NCBI GenBank assembly: GCA_964276515.1 | Contig: OZ193909.1 | Coordinates: forward strand, 11,284,001-11,348,000 | Direction: 5' to 3' | Source: Gordius albopunctatus | Taxonomy: Eukaryota | Length of the DNA stretch: 64,000 nt | In this document: positions 61,976 to 64,000 of the stretch, piece after piece | Position numbering within the stretch: the first letter of the stretch is position 1 | How the letters are laid out: each line of letters opens with the position of its first letter | Notes under the pieces: generated by a model | Database searches by the model: none | What the model saw: only the letters and a program-made list of their open reading frames with translations | Told to the model about the DNA's origin: nothing | Position numbers and translations under genes: made by a program

Positions 61976-62150
61976 ATAAATTGTATATATAAATCATATA
62001 TTTTATATATATATAAATAAGCACACTATTTACAACTTTTATGACTTTTTGCCAGCTGTCCATTTCGCCAGGGGGCTGGATTTCCTCTTTTTTTAAATTT
62101 TAAAACTCCGAACTCTGAAGTGCTAGCTAATTCTCCTTACTAATTCAAAC

Positions 62151-63327
62151 TAGAGGTCTGCATGGGCCGGGCCAGCCCGCAGACCCAAGTCCGGCCCGCG
62201 GGCCGGGTCGGACCTAAAATTGAGCAATAAAAAAGTGCGGGTCGGGCTTGGGCTTTGAAAAGTGAAAATTTTGAAATTATTTATTTTCATACTCTAATTT
62301 TAATATAGAAACAAAAAAATGCACTTATTAGCTTAATCATAATAAAAAAATTTATTTTCCCAAGCAAATCTGGTGGAACTCAAAAATCATAATGTGAATA
62401 AGTTTGAATGAGATGTATGATAAACTAGTCATTTTTAATCTGGCAAAGATTTAATGGAAAAATTTGAAGGTATATTACCTTTTGAAAAGGCAAGCATCAA
62501 GTTAGAAGCAGATAAGAAACCAACACTCTATAATTGACCTAAAGATTTATCTACAAATTTAAGTCAAGAGCCCAAACTATGCTAATTTAAAAGTTTGATA
62601 TCGAAATTTATCATAAAATATCAACCTTTCTTGTTTCTTAGTTTCGCACGATTAAAATGCTACCCGAGTATGAAAGAAACTTCTTAAAAACTACGGTAAT
62701 ACTGGGTCTTCCGACATAGATCTTCTTGCATAAGTGGTCCAACTATGATTAATCCAGCTCAGGTGTGCAACACTAAGCAATTATCTATTTTTTTTTATTT
62801 GGGACGATGATAAAACGGAAAAATTGAAGATTTCCACGAAGTTGATACATCTTAAATCAAATCTAAACCTGAGGATGCTCAGCTAGGTGTATTTTTATGG
62901 TCGAAACACCAACTTATGTTAGTTACCAAACTCACCAAAATAACCTAGTCAGTTTTTGTCAATTCCAATGGCTACGGCTACGAGTAAACTCACATTCAGT
63001 AAGGCAAGTCGTCTTATATAACAGAGAAGACTGAAATTATTGCCTGATAGAATATATACTCTTTTAGTTTTAAATGACAATATTAAATTGTAATTTTTAA
63101 TTAGAACCGATTTTATATGCTATATTTAAATTATTTCACAAACAATACAAAAAAATTTTATACAAATAAATAATTTTGAAACAGCGTAGACTTGTTTTTA
63201 CTCGTGCGGGCCGGATGCGGCGCAATTTTTAGGATTTTATTGCGGGCCGGGTGCGGGCCAAAAAATTTATATTTGTGCGGGTATGGGCCGGGCCTGAACC
63301 TAAAATTTCGGCCCATGCAGACCTCTA
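62151..63327 (+). mobile_element. Non-autonomous hAT, same family as 8342-9482, opposite orientation
   Basis: TIR tagaggtctgcatgggcc...ggcccatgcagacctcta; imperfect TSD attcaaac/attcaatt; decayed dimerisation-domain remnant 62830-63090. Confidence 0.87.
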
Positions 63328-64000
63328 ATTCAATTTCAAACTACATAAATTGCTCCTGTTTTATTAAAAGGTAAATTATTTTAATAAAGTTATATTTTAA
63401 ATTTTTTTTAGTGTTAATCGTGAAGATTTAGCTACTCCTCATCATTAATTTAGATTACATTTAATACATATTCAAAGATAACATAAAAGTAAGTTATAAT
63501 TTTAATTAATATGGTATGATAACTTGTTTATTTATAAAATATTTTAAATCATGTGAGATATTTTACCTTAAGACAATATATCTTAACAATGATTTGATTT
63601 TTCGACTGCTGGTCAAATTTTAGAGGAGAGAAGGGTGAGGTTGCGACCTGATATTGTAGACGCAATTATATTTATACATCATTATAGTAAATCATTTAAA
63701 TAAATTCATTAGAGAAAATCTGTGGTTACAGTTTGTTTCATTAATAATACTTTTATTTGTCGATTTAATTTTACACCGCAATTTTCGCGCTCGAAAGTAA
63801 TTTGTTTTAATAATTTTTCGTGTCGTGTCGGGTTCGGGTAGAAAATTTGAAAATGATTTCGGGTCGGGTCCTGGTAGAAAATTTGAAAATGTTTTTGGGT
63901 CGGGTCCGGGTAGAAAATTTTAAAATGTTTTTGGGTCGGGTTCGGGTTGAAAAAAAGTGACTTTGCAGTTCTCTATATCCAACCTTATTTTATATGTTCT

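Larger units (their letters stand above)
58632..63975 (+). mobile_element. hAT derivative hosting a nested RTE and a second hAT
   Basis: TIR tagaggactgca...tgcagttctcta; TSD tatccaac; transposase tail FSTAGQILEERRVRLRPDIVDAIIFIH near 63600-63700. Confidence 0.9.

Overview
AT-rich eukaryotic (invertebrate animal) genomic DNA with very short GT-AG introns (many 35-50 nt). It has three host genes: (1) a 3-exon, 180-aa signal-peptide/death-like-domain/C-terminal-TM gene (TMDD1-like) in two identical copies inside a perfect 4,019-bp tandem duplication (1-8206); (2) a complete animal type I fatty acid synthase (17656-29603, about 27 exons); (3) a compact DNA polymerase zeta catalytic subunit, REV3 (47725-57645). 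The intergenic DNA is nested transposon debris: RTE LINEs, hAT elements and MITEs with 8-bp TSDs, Gypsy pieces and a solo LTR, Helitron/Helentron derivatives with internal satellite arrays, and a Harbinger MITE. The most notable signals are: a 28S-18S rRNA chimeric retrocopy fused at the exact mature 18S 5' end and joined to a hairpin-ended LINE-like tail; two divergent RTE LINEs sharing a near-identical 5' UTR, inverted in one copy (twin-priming geometry); and CpG depletion limited to the 5' part of both long genes, with CpG decay in an intronic MITE, suggesting 5'-restricted gene-body methylation. All coordinates and counts were read by eye and may be off by a few bases.
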